Under the pieces are notes generated by a model. That model was not told the origin of the DNA, did not search any database, and saw only the letters and a program-made list of their open reading frames with translations. The position numbers and the translations under genes were made by a program. DNA of 64,000 nucleotides, from NCBI GenBank assembly GCA_964016885.1, contig OZ024744.1:5456001-5520000 (forward strand), written 5' to 3'. The stretch comes from Eledone cirrhosa (taxonomy: Eukaryota). Below, in pieces: positions 14,601 to 27,400 of this stretch; positions within the stretch are counted from its first letter, which is position 1, and every line of letters starts with the position of its first letter.

Positions 14601-15610
14601 AGAGACACCAACAAACTATTGTGTAGCCTGTAAAGACACCAACAAACTATTGTGTAGCCGGTAAAGACACCAACAAACTATTGTGTAGCCGGTAAAGGCA
14701 CCAACATCTTTAGCCGGTAAAGACACGAACAAACTATTGTTTAGACGGTAAAGACACCAACAAACTATTGTTTAGCCGGTACAGACACAAACAATCTAAT
14801 GTGTAGCCGGTAAAATCACCAACAAACAATTGTGTAGCCGGTAAAGACACCAACAAACTATTGTGTAGCCGGTAAAGACACCAACAAACTATTGTGTAGC
14901 CGGTAAAGACACCAACAAACTGTAGCCGGTAAAGACAGCAACAAACTATTGTGTAGCCGGTAAAGACACCAAGAAACTATTGTGTAGCCGGTAAATACAC
15001 CAACAAACTGTAGCCGGTGAAAGTCACCAACAGACTATTGTCTAGCCGGTAAAGGCAACAACAAACTAATGTGTAGCCGGTAAAGACACCAACGAACTAT
15101 TGTGTAGCCGGTAAAGACAACAACAATCTATTGTGTAGCCGGTAAAGACAACAACAAACTATTGTGTAGCCAGTAAAGTCACCAACAAACTATTGTGTAG
15201 CCGGTAAAGACACCAATATACTATTGTGTAGCCGGTACAGACACCAACAAACTAATGTGTAGCCGGTAAAGACACCAACAAACTATTGTGTAGCCGGTAA
15301 AGTTACCAACAAATTATTCTGTAACCGATAAAGACACCAACAAACTATTGTGTAGCCGCTAAAACACCAACAATCTATTGCGTAGCCGGTAAAGACACCA
15401 ACAAACTATTGTGTAGCCGGGAAAGATACCAACAAACTATTGTGTAGCCGGTAAAGACACATACAAACTATTGTGTAGCCGGTAAAGACACCAACAAACT
15501 GTAGCCGGTAAAGACACCAACAAACTATTGTGTAGCCGGGAAAGACACCAACACACTGTAGCCGGTAAAGACACCAACAAACTAATGTGTAGCCGGTAAA
15601 GACACCAATA

Positions 15611-15620
15611 AACTGTTCAT
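15611..15620. other. Direct junction between satellite A and satellite B
   Basis: The sequence reads …GACACCAATAAACTGTTCATCAAGATC…. AAACTGT fits the 26-bp A variant and GTTCATC fits B. The GT at 15615-15616 belongs to both, and there are no inserted bases. Confidence 0.95.
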
Positions 15621-16454
15621 CAAGATCAACGGTAGTACCTCACTATATGTGACATATTTAGGTGGTAACTGTGGTATAGACAGTTCATCAGGATCAACGG
15701 TAGTACCTCACTATATGTGACATATTTAGGTGGTAACTGTGGTATAGACAGTTCATCAGGATCAACGGTAGTACCTCACTATATGTGACATATTTAGGTG
15801 GTAACTGTGGTATAGACAGTTCATCAGGATCAACGGTAGTACCTCACTCTATGTGACATATTTAGGGGGTAACTGTGGTATAGACAGTTCATCAGGATCA
15901 ACGGAGTACCTCACTATATGTGACATATTTAGGTGGTAACTGTGGTATAGAGTTCATCAGGATCAACGGTAGTACCTCACTATATGTGACATATTTAGGT
16001 GGTAACTATGGTATAGACAGTTCATCAGGATCAACGGTAGTACCTCACTATATGTGACATATTTAGGTGGTAACTGTGGTATAGACAGTACATCATGATC
16101 AACGGTAGTACCTCACTATATGTGACATATTTACGTGGTAACTATGGTATAGACAGTTCATCAGGATCAATGGTAGTACCTCACTATATGTGACATATTT
16201 AGGTGGTAACTGTGGTATAGACAGTTCATCAAGATCAACGGTAGTACCTCACTATATGTGACATATTTAGGTGGTAACTGTGGTATAGAGTTCATCAAGA
16301 TCAACGGTAGTACCTCACTATATGTGACATATTTAGGTGGTAACTGTGGTATAGACAGTCCATCATGATCAACGGTAGTACCTCACTCTATGTGACATAT
16401 TTAGGTGGTAACTGTGGTATAGAGTTCATCAGGATCAACGGTAGTACCTCACTC

Positions 16455-19400
16455 TATGTGACATATTTAGGTGGTAACTGTGGTATAGACAGTCCATCAG
16501 GATCAACGGTAGTACCTCACTATATGTGACATATTTAGGTGGTAACTGTGGTATAGACAGTTCATCAGGATCAACGGTAGTACCTCACTATATGTGACAT
16601 ATTTAGGTGGTAACTGTGGTATAGAGTTCATCAGGATCAACGGTAGTACCTCACTATATGTGACATATTTAGGTGGTAACTGTGGTATAGACAGTTCATC
16701 AGGATCAACGGTAGTACCTCACTATATGTGACATATTTAGGTGGTAACTGTGGTATAGAGTTCATCAGGATCAACGTTAGTACCTCACTATATGTGACAT
16801 ATTTAGGTGGTAACTGTGGTATAGAGTTCATCAGGATCAACGGTAGTACCTCACTATATGTGAGATATTTAGGTGGTAACTGTGATATAGAGCTAATCAA
16901 GATCAACGGTAGTACCTCACTATATATGACATATTTAGGTGGTAACTGTGGTATAGACAGTCCATCAAGATCAACGGTAGTACCTCACTATATGTGACAT
17001 ATTTAGGTGGTAACTGTGATATAGACAGTTCATCAGGATCAACGGTAGTACCTCACTATATGTGACATATTTAGGTGGTAACTGTGGTATAGAGTTCATC
17101 AGGATCAACGGTAGTACCTCACTATATGTGACATATTTAGGTGGTAACTGTGGTATAGACAGTTCATCAGGATCAACGGTAGTACCTCACTATATGTGAC
17201 ATATTTAGGTGGTAACTGTGGTATAGACAGTTCATCAGGATCAACGGTAGTACCTCACTATATGTGACATATTTAGGTGGTAACTGTGATATAGAGCTAA
17301 TCAAGATCAACGGTAGTACCTCACCATATGGGACATATTTAGGTGGTAACTGTGGTATAGACAGTTCATCAAGATCAACGGTAGTACCTCACTATATGTG
17401 ACATATTTAGGTGGTAACTGTGGTATAGACAGTTCATCAGGATCAACGGTAGTACCTCACTATATGTGACATATTTAGGTGGTAACTGTGGTATAGAGTT
17501 CATCAGGATCAACGGTAGTACCTCACTATATGTGACATATTTAGGTGGTAACTGTGGTATAGAGTTCATCAGGATCAACGGTAGTACCTCACTATATGTG
17601 ACATATTTAGGTGGTAACTGTGGTATAGAGTTCATCAGGATCAACGGTAGTACCTCACTATATGTGACATATTTAGGTGGTAACTGTGGTATAGAGTTCA
17701 TCAAGATCAACGGTAGTACCTCACTATATGTGACATATTTAGGTGGTAACTGTGGTATAGACAGTTCATCAGGATCAACGTTAGTACCTCACTATATGTG
17801 ACATTTAGGTGGTAACTGTGGTATAGACAGTTCATCAGGATCAACGGTAGTACCTCACTATATGTGACATATTTAGGTGGTTACGGTGGTATAGAGTTCA
17901 TCAGGATCAATGGTAGTACCTCACTATATGTGACATATTTAGGTGGTAACTGTGGTATAGACAGTTCATCAGGATCAACGGTAGTACCTCACTATATGTG
18001 ACATATTTAGGTGGTAACTGTGGTATAGACAGTTCATCAGGATCAACGGTAGTACCTCACTATATGTGACATATTTAGGTGGTAACTGTGGTATAGACAG
18101 TTCATTAGGATCAATGGTAGTACCTCACTATATGTGACATATTTAGGTGGTAACTGTGATATAGACAGTCCATCAGGATCAACGGTAGTACCTCACTATA
18201 TGTGACATATTTAGGTGGTAACTGTGGTATAGACAGTTTATCAAGATCAACGTTAGTACCTCACTATATGTGACATATTTAGGTGGTAACTGTGATATAG
18301 ACAGTTCATCAGGATCAACGGTAGTACCTCACTATATGTGACATATTTAGGTGGTAACTATGGTATAGACAGTTCATCAGGATTAACGGTAGTACCTCAC
18401 AATATGTGACATATTTAGGTGGTAACTGTGGTATAGACAGTTCATCAAGATCAACGGTAGTACCTCACTATATGTGACATATGTAGGTGGTAACTGTGGT
18501 ATAGACAGTTCATCAAGATCAACGGTAGTACCTCACTATATGTGACATATTTAGGTGGTAACTGTGGTATAGACAGTCCATCAGGATCAACGGTAGTACC
18601 TCACTATATGTGACATATTTAGGTGGTAACTGTGGTATAGAGTTCATCAGGATCAACGGTAGTACCTCACTATATGTGACATATTTAGGTGGTAACTGTG
18701 GTATAGAGTTCATCAGGATCAACGGTAGTACCTCACAATATGTGACATATTTAGGTGGTAACTGTGGTATAGACAGTTCATCAAGATCAACGGTAGTACC
18801 TCACTATATGTGACATATTTAGGTGGTAACTGTGGTATAGAGTCCATCAGGATCAACGGTAGTACCTCACTATATGTGACATATTTAGGTGGTAACTGTG
18901 GTATAGAGTTCATCAGGATCAACGGTAGTACCTCACTATATGTGACATATTTAGGTGGTAACTGTGGTATAGACAGTTCATCAGGATCAACGGTAGTACC
19001 TCACTATATATGACATATTTAGGTGGTAACTGTGGTATAGACAGTTCATCAGGATCAACGGTAGTACCTCACTATATGTGACATATTTAGGTGGTAACTG
19101 TGGTATAGAGTTCATCAGGATCAACGGTAGTACCTCACTATATGTGACATATTTAGGTGGTAACTGTGGTATAGACAGTTCATCAGGATCAACGGTAGTA
19201 CCTCACTATATGTGACATATTTAGGTGGTAACTGTGGTATAGAGTTCATCAGGATCAACGGTTATACCTCACTATATGTGACATATTTAGGTGGTAACTG
19301 TGGTATAGACAGTTCATCAGGATCAACGGTAGTACCTCACTATATGTGACATATTTAGGTGGTAACTGTGGTATAGAGTTCATCAGGATCAACGGTAGTA

Positions 19401-22400
19401 CCTCACTATATGTGACATATTTAGGTGGTAACTGTGGTATAGACAGTTCATCAGGATCAACGGTAGTACCTCACTATATGTGACATATTTAGGTGGTAAC
19501 TGTGGTATAGAGTTCATCAGGATCAACGTTAGTACCTCACTATATGTGACATATTTAGGTGGTAAATGTGGTATAGACAGTTCATCAGGATCAACGGTAG
19601 TACCTCACTATATGTGACATATTTAGGTGGTAACTGTGGTATAGAGTTCATCAGGATCAACGGTAGTACCTCACTATATGTGACATATTTAGGTGGTAAC
19701 TGTGGGTTAGACAGTTCATCAGGATCAACGGTAGTACCTCACTATATGTGACATATTTAGGTGGTAACTGTGGTATAGACAGTTCATCAGGATCAACGGT
19801 AGTACCTCACTATATGTGACATATTTAGGTGGTAACTGTGGTATAGACAGTTCATCGGGATCAATGGTAGTACCTCACTCTATGTGACATATTTAGGTGG
19901 TAACTGTGGTATAGAGTTCATCAAGATCAACGGTAGTACCTCACTATATGTGACATATTTAGGTGGTAACTGTGGTATAGACAGTTCATCAAGATCAACG
20001 GTAGTACCTCACTATATGTGACATATTTAGGTGGTAACTGTGGTATAGAGTTCATCAGGATCAACGGTAGTACCTCACTACATGTGACATATTTAGGTGG
20101 TTACTGTGATATAGACAGTTCATCAGGATCAACGGTTATACCTCACTATATGTGACATATTTAGGTGGTAACTATGGTATAGACAGTTCATCAGGATCAA
20201 CGGTTATACCTCACTATATGTGACATATTTAGGTGGTAACTGTGGTATAGAGTTCATCAAGATCAACGGTAGTACCTCACTATATGTGACATATTTAGGT
20301 GGTAACTGTAGTATAGACAGTTCATCAGGATCAATGGTAGTACCTCACTATATGTGACATATTTAGTTGGTAACTGTGATATAGACAGTTCATCAGGATC
20401 AACGGTAGTACCTCACTATATGTGACATATTTAGGTGGTAACTGTGGTATAGACAGTCCATCAGGATCAACGGTAGTACCTCACTATATGTGACATATTT
20501 AGGTGGTAACTGTGGTATAGACAGTTCATCAGGATCAACGGTAGTACCTCACTATATGTGACATATTTAGGTGGTAACTGTGGTATAGAGTTCATCAGGA
20601 TCAACGGTAGTACCTCACTATATGTGACATATTTAGGTGGTAACTGTGGTATAGACAGTTCATCAGGATCAACGGTAGTACCTCACTATATGTGACATAT
20701 TTAGGTGGTAACTGTGGTATAGAGTTCATCAGGATCAACGTTAGTACCTCACTATATGTGACATATTTAGGTGGTAACTGTGGTATAGAGTTCATCAGGA
20801 TCAACGGTAGTACCTCACTATATGTGAGATATTTAGGTGGTAACTGTGATATAGAGCTAATCAAGATCAACGGTAGTACCTCACTATATATGACATATTT
20901 AGGTGGTAACTGTGGTATAGACAGTCCATCAAGATCAACGGTAGTACCTCACTATATGTGACATATTTAGGTGGTAACTGTGATATAGACAGTTCATCAG
21001 GATCAACGGTAGTACCTCACTATATGTGACATATTTAGGTGGTAACTGTGGTATAGAGTTCATCAGGATCAACGGTAGTACCTCACTATATGTGACATAT
21101 TTAGGTGGTAACTGTGGTATAGACAGTTCATCAGGATCAACGGTAGTACCTCACTATATGTGACATATTTAGGTGGTAACTGTGGTATAGACAGTTCATC
21201 AGGATCAACGGTAGTACCTCACTATATGTGACATATTTAGGTGGTAACTGTGATATAGAGCTAATCAAGATCAACGGTAGTACCTCACCATATGGGACAT
21301 ATTTAGGTGGTAACTGTGGTATAGACAGTTCATCAAGATCAACGGTAGTACCTCACTATATGTGACATATTTAGGTGGTAACTGTGGTATAGACAGTTCA
21401 TCAGGATCAACGGTAGTACCTCACTATATGTGACATATTTAGGTGGTAACTGTGGTATAGAGTTCATCAGGATCAACGGTAGTACCTCACTATATGTGAC
21501 ATATTTAGGTGGTAACTGTGGTATAGAGTTCATCAGGATCAACGGTAGTACCTCACTATATGTGACATATTTAGGTGGTAACTGTGGTATAGAGTTCATC
21601 AGGATCAACGGTAGTACCTCACTATATGTGACATATTTAGGTGGTAACTGTGGTATAGAGTTCATCAAGATCAACGGTAGTACCTCACTATATGTGACAT
21701 ATTTAGGTGGTAACTGTGGTATAGACAGTTCATCAGGATCAACGTTAGTACCTCACTATATGTGACATTTAGGTGGTAACTGTGGTATAGACAGTTCATC
21801 AGGATCAACGGTAGTACCTCACTATATGTGACATATTTAGGTGGTTACGGTGGTATAGAGTTCATCAGGATCAATGGTAGTACCTCACTATATGTGACAT
21901 ATTTAGGTGGTAACTGTGGTATAGACAGTTCATCAGGATCAACGGTAGTACCTCACTATATGTGACATATTTAGGTGGTAACTGTGGTATAGACAGTTCA
22001 TCAGGATCAACGGTAGTACCTCACTATATGTGACATATTTAGGTGGTAACTGTGGTATAGACAGTTCATTAGGATCAATGGTAGTACCTCACTATATGTG
22101 ACATATTTAGGTGGTAACTGTGATATAGACAGTCCATCAGGATCAACGGTAGTACCTCACTATATGTGACATATTTAGGTGGTAACTGTGGTATAGACAG
22201 TTTATCAAGATCAACGTTAGTACCTCACTATATGTGACATATTTAGGTGGTAACTGTGATATAGACAGTTCATCAGGATCAACGGTAGTACCTCACTATA
22301 TGTGACATATTTAGGTGGTAACTATGGTATAGACAGTTCATCAGGATTAACGGTAGTACCTCACAATATGTGACATATTTAGGTGGTAACTGTGGTATAG

Positions 22401-24404
22401 ACAGTTCATCAAGATCAACGGTAGTACCTCACTATATGTGACATATGTAGGTGGTAACTGTGGTATAGACAGTTCATCAAGATCAACGGTAGTACCTCAC
22501 TATATGTGACATATTTAGGTGGTAACTGTGGTATAGACAGTCCATCAGGATCAACGGTAGTACCTCACTATATGTGACATATTTAGGTGGTAACTGTGGT
22601 ATAGAGTTCATCAGGATCAACGGTAGTACCTCACTATATGTGACATATTTAGGTGGTAACTGTGGTATAGAGTTCATCAGGATCAACGGTAGTACCTCAC
22701 AATATGTGACATATTTAGGTGGTAACTGTGGTATAGACAGTTCATCAAGATCAACGGTAGTACCTCACTATATGTGACATATTTAGGTGGTAACTGTGGT
22801 ATAGAGTCCATCAGGATCAACGGTAGTACCTCACTATATGTGACATATTTAGGTGGTAACTGTGGTATAGAGTTCATCAGGATCAACGGTAGTACCTCAC
22901 TATATGTGACATATTTAGGTGGTAACTGTGGTATAGACAGTTCATCAGGATCAACGGTAGTACCTCACTATATATGACATATTTAGGTGGTAACTGTGGT
23001 ATAGACAGTTCATCAGGATCAACGGTAGTACCTCACTATATGTGACATATTTAGGTGGTAACTGTGGTATAGAGTTCATCAGGATCAACGGTAGTACCTC
23101 ACTATATGTGACATATTTAGGTGGTAACTGTGGTATAGACAGTTCATCAGGATCAACGGTAGTACCTCACTATATGTGACATATTTAGGTGGTAACTGTG
23201 GTATAGAGTTCATCAGGATCAACGGTTATACCTCACTATATGTGACATATTTAGGTGGTAACTGTGGTATAGACAGTTCATCAGGATCAACGGTAGTACC
23301 TCACTATATGTGACATATTTAGGTGGTAACTGTGGTATAGAGTTCATCAGGATCAACGGTAGTACCTCACTATATGTGACATATTTAGGTGGTAACTGTG
23401 GTATAGACAGTTCATCAGGATCAACGGTAGTACCTCACTATATGTGACATATTTAGGTGGTAACTGTGGTATAGAGTTCATCAGGATCAACGTTAGTACC
23501 TCACTATATGTGACATATTTAGGTGGTAAATGTGGTATAGACAGTTCATCAGGATCAACGGTAGTACCTCACTATATGTGACATATTTAGGTGGTAACTG
23601 TGGTATAGAGTTCATCAGGATCAACGGTAGTACCTCACTATATGTGACATATTTAGGTGGTAACTGTGGGTTAGACAGTTCATCAGGATCAACGGTAGTA
23701 CCTCACTATATGTGACATATTTAGGTGGTAACTGTGGTATAGACAGTTCATCAGGATCAACGGTAGTACCTCACTATATGTGACATATTTAGGTGGTAAC
23801 TGTGGTATAGACAGTTCATCGGGATCAATGGTAGTACCTCACTCTATGTGACATATTTAGGTGGTAACTGTGGTATAGAGTTCATCAAGATCAACGGTAG
23901 TACCTCACTATATGTGACATATTTAGGTGGTAACTGTGGTATAGACAGTTCATCAAGATCAACGGTAGTACCTCACTATATGTGACATATTTAGGTGGTA
24001 ACTGTGGTATAGAGTTCATCAGGATCAACGGTAGTACCTCACTACATGTGACATATTTAGGTGGTTACTGTGATATAGACAGTTCATCAGGATCAACGGT
24101 TATACCTCACTATATGTGACATATTTAGGTGGTAACTATGGTATAGACAGTTCATCAGGATCAACGGTTATACCTCACTATATGTGACATATTTAGGTGG
24201 TAACTGTGGTATAGAGTTCATCAAGATCAACGGTAGTACCTCACTATATGTGACATATTTAGGTGGTAACTGTAGTATAGACAGTTCATCAGGATCAATG
24301 GTAGTACCTCACTATATGTGACATATTTAGTTGGTAACTGTGATATAGACAGTTCATCAGGATCAACGGTAGTACCTCACTATATGTGACATATTTAGGT
24401 GGTA
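16455..24404. repeat. Satellite B near-perfect tandem duplication, 2 x 3964 bp (~59 monomers)
   Basis: Identical ORFs are offset by 3964 (16637/20601, 17375/21339, 18519/22483, 19566/23530). Rare variants CCATATGGGAC, GAGCTAATCAAG, GTGACATTTAGG and TCGGGATCAATGG are duplicated at the same offset. The flanking mismatches are 16454 vs 20418 and 20441 vs 24405. Confidence 0.92.
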
Positions 24405-27400
24405 TCTGTGGTATAGACAGTTCATCAGGATCAACGGTAGTACCTCACTCTATGTGACATATTTAGGTGGTAACTGTGGTATAGACAGTTCATCAGGTTC
24501 AACGGTAGTACCTCACTATATGTGACATATTTAGGTGGTAACTGTGGTATAGACAGTTCATCAGGATCAACGGTAGTACCTCACTCTATGTGACATATTT
24601 AGGTGGTAACTGTGGTATAGACAGTTCATCAGGTTCATCGGTAGTACCTCACTATATGTGACATATTTAGGTGGTAACTGTGGTATAGACAGTTCATCAG
24701 GATCAACGGTAGTACCTCACTCTATGTGACATATTTAGGTGGTAACTGTGGTATAGACAGTCCATCAAGATCAACGGTAGTACCTCACTATATATGACAT
24801 ATTTAGGTGGTAACTGTGGTATAGAGTTCATCAGGATCAACGGTAGTACCTCACTATATGTGACATATTTAGGTGGTAACTGTGGTATAGACAGTTCATC
24901 AAGATCAACGGTAGTACCTCACTATATGTGACATATTTAGGTGGTAACTGTGATATAGACAGTTCATCAGGATCAACGGTAGTACCTCACTATATGTGAC
25001 ATATTTAGGTGGTAACTGTGGTATAGACAGTTCATCAGGATCAACGGTAGTACCTCACTATATGTGACATATTTAGGTGGTAACTGTGGTATAGACAGTT
25101 CATCAGGATCAACGGTAGTATCTCACTATATGTGACATATTTAGGTGGTAACTGTGATATAGACAGTTCATCAGGATCAACGGTAGTACCTCACTATATG
25201 TGACATATTTAGGTGGTAACTGTGGTATAGACAGTTCATCAGGATCAACGGTAGTACCTCACTATATGTGACATATTTAGGTGGTAACTGTGATATAGAC
25301 AGTTCATCAGGATCAACGGTAGTACCTCACTATATATGACATATTTAGGTGGTAACTGTGGTATAGAGTTCATCAGGATCAACGGTAGTACCTCACTATA
25401 TGTGATATATTTAGGTGGTAACTGAGGTATAGAGTTCATCAGGATCAACGGTAGTACCTCACTATATGTGACATATTTAGGTGGTAACTGTGGTATAGAC
25501 AGTTCATCAGGATCAACGGTAGTACCTCACTATATGTGATATATTTAGGTGGTAACTATGGTATAGACAGTTCATCAGGATCAACGGTAGTACCTCACTA
25601 TATGTGACATATTTAGGTGGTAATTGTGATATAGAGTTCATCAAGATCAACGGTAGTACCTCACTATATGTGACATATTTAGGTGGTAACTGTGGTATAG
25701 AGTTCATCAGGATCAACGGTAGTACCTCACTATATGTGACATATTTAGGTGGTAACTGTGGTATAGACAGTTCATCAGGATCAACGGTAGTACCTCACTA
25801 TATGTGACATATTTAGGTGGTAACTGTGGTATAGACAGTTCATCAGGTTCAACGGTAGTACCTCACTATATGTGTCATATTGAGGTGGTTACGGTGGTAT
25901 AGAGTTCATCAGTATCAACGGTAGTACCTCACTCTATGTGACATATTTAGGTGGTAACTGTGGTATAGACAGTTCATCAGGTTCAACGGTAGTACCTCAC
26001 TATATGTGACATATTGAGGTGGTTACGGTGGTATAGAGTTCATCAGGTTCAACGGTAGTACCTCACTCTATGTGACATATTTAGGTGGTAACTGTGGTAT
26101 AGACAGTTCATCAGGTTCAACGGTAGTACCTCACTCTATGTGACATATTTAGGTGGTAACTGTGGTATAGACAGTTCATCAGGATCAACGGTAGTACCTC
26201 ACTATATGTGACATATTTAGGTGGTAACTGTGGTATAGACAGTTCATCAAGATCAACGGTAGTACCTCACTATATGTGACATATTTAGGTGGTAACTATG
26301 GTATAGACAGTTCATCAAGATCAACGGTAGTACCTCACTATATGTGACATATTTAGGTGGTAACTGTGGTATAGACAGTTCCTCAGGATCAACGGTAGTA
26401 CCTCACTATATGTGACATATTTAGATGGTAACTGTGGTATAGACAGTTCATCAAGATCAACGGTAGTACCTCACTATATGTGACATATTTAGGTGGTAAC
26501 TGTGGTATAGACAGTTCATCAGGATCAACGGTAGTACCTCACTATATGTGACATATTTAGGTGGCAACTGTGGTATAGACAGTTCATCAGGATCAACGGT
26601 AGTACCTCACTATATATGACACATTGAGGTGGTTACGGTGGTATAGACAGTTCATCAGGATCAAAGGTAGTACCTCACTATATGTGACATATTTAGGTGG
26701 TAACTGTGGTATAGACAGTCCATCAGGATCAACGGTAGTACCTCACTATATGTGACATATATAGGTGGTAACTGTGGTATAGAGTTCATCAGGATCAACG
26801 GTAGTACCTCACTATATGTGACATATTTAGGTGGTAACTGTGGTATAGAGTTCATCAGGATCAACGGTAGTACCTCACAATATGTGACATATTTAGGTGG
26901 TAACTGTGGTATAGACAGTTCATCAAGATCAACGGTAGTACCTCACTATATGTGACATATTTAGGTGGTAACTGTGGTATAGAGTCCATCAGGATCAACG
27001 GTAGTACCTCACTATATGTGACATATTTAGGTGGTAACTGTGGTATAGAGTTCATCAGGATCAACGGTAGTACCTCACTATATGTGACATATTTAGGTGG
27101 TAACTGTGGTATAGACAGTTCATCAGGATCAACGGTAGTACCTCACTATATGTGACATATTTAGGTGGTAACTGTTGTATAGACAGTTCATCAGGATCAA
27201 CGGTAGTACCTCACTATATGTGACATATTTAGGTGGTAACTGTGGTATAGACAGTTCATCAGGATCAACGGTAGTACCTCACTATATATGACATATTTAG
27301 GTGGTAACTGTGGTATAGACAGTTCATCAGGATCAACGGTAGTACCTCACTATATGTGACATATTTAGGTGGTAACTGTGGTATAGAGTTCATCAGGATC

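Larger units (their letters stand above)
1..15616. repeat. Satellite A: tandem array of ~500 monomers, 31-bp consensus TAGCCGGTAAAGACACCAACAAACTATTGTG
   Basis: TAGCCGG starts at 12, 43, 74 and so on (31-bp period) and continues without unique sequence to 15616. Recurrent length variants are 26 bp (AAACTGTAG), 25 bp (CATCTTTAG), 28 bp (GACAACAATCTATTG), 30 bp and 33 bp (ACTATATTGTG). The consensus is 13/31 GC, A-rich on the + strand, with one CCGG per monomer. The array probably extends left of the window. Confidence 0.98.

Noticed and set aside
15655-15680. G-quadruplex from GG runs (AGGTGGTAACTGTGG)
   Set aside because: There are only GG doublets, and the fourth is distant, so at best this is a weak two-tier motif.
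15560-15700. Transposon terminus or target-site duplication at the junction
   Set aside because: There is no non-satellite sequence, terminal inverted repeat or TSD. An origin from Helitron/MITE internal repeats cannot be tested within this window.
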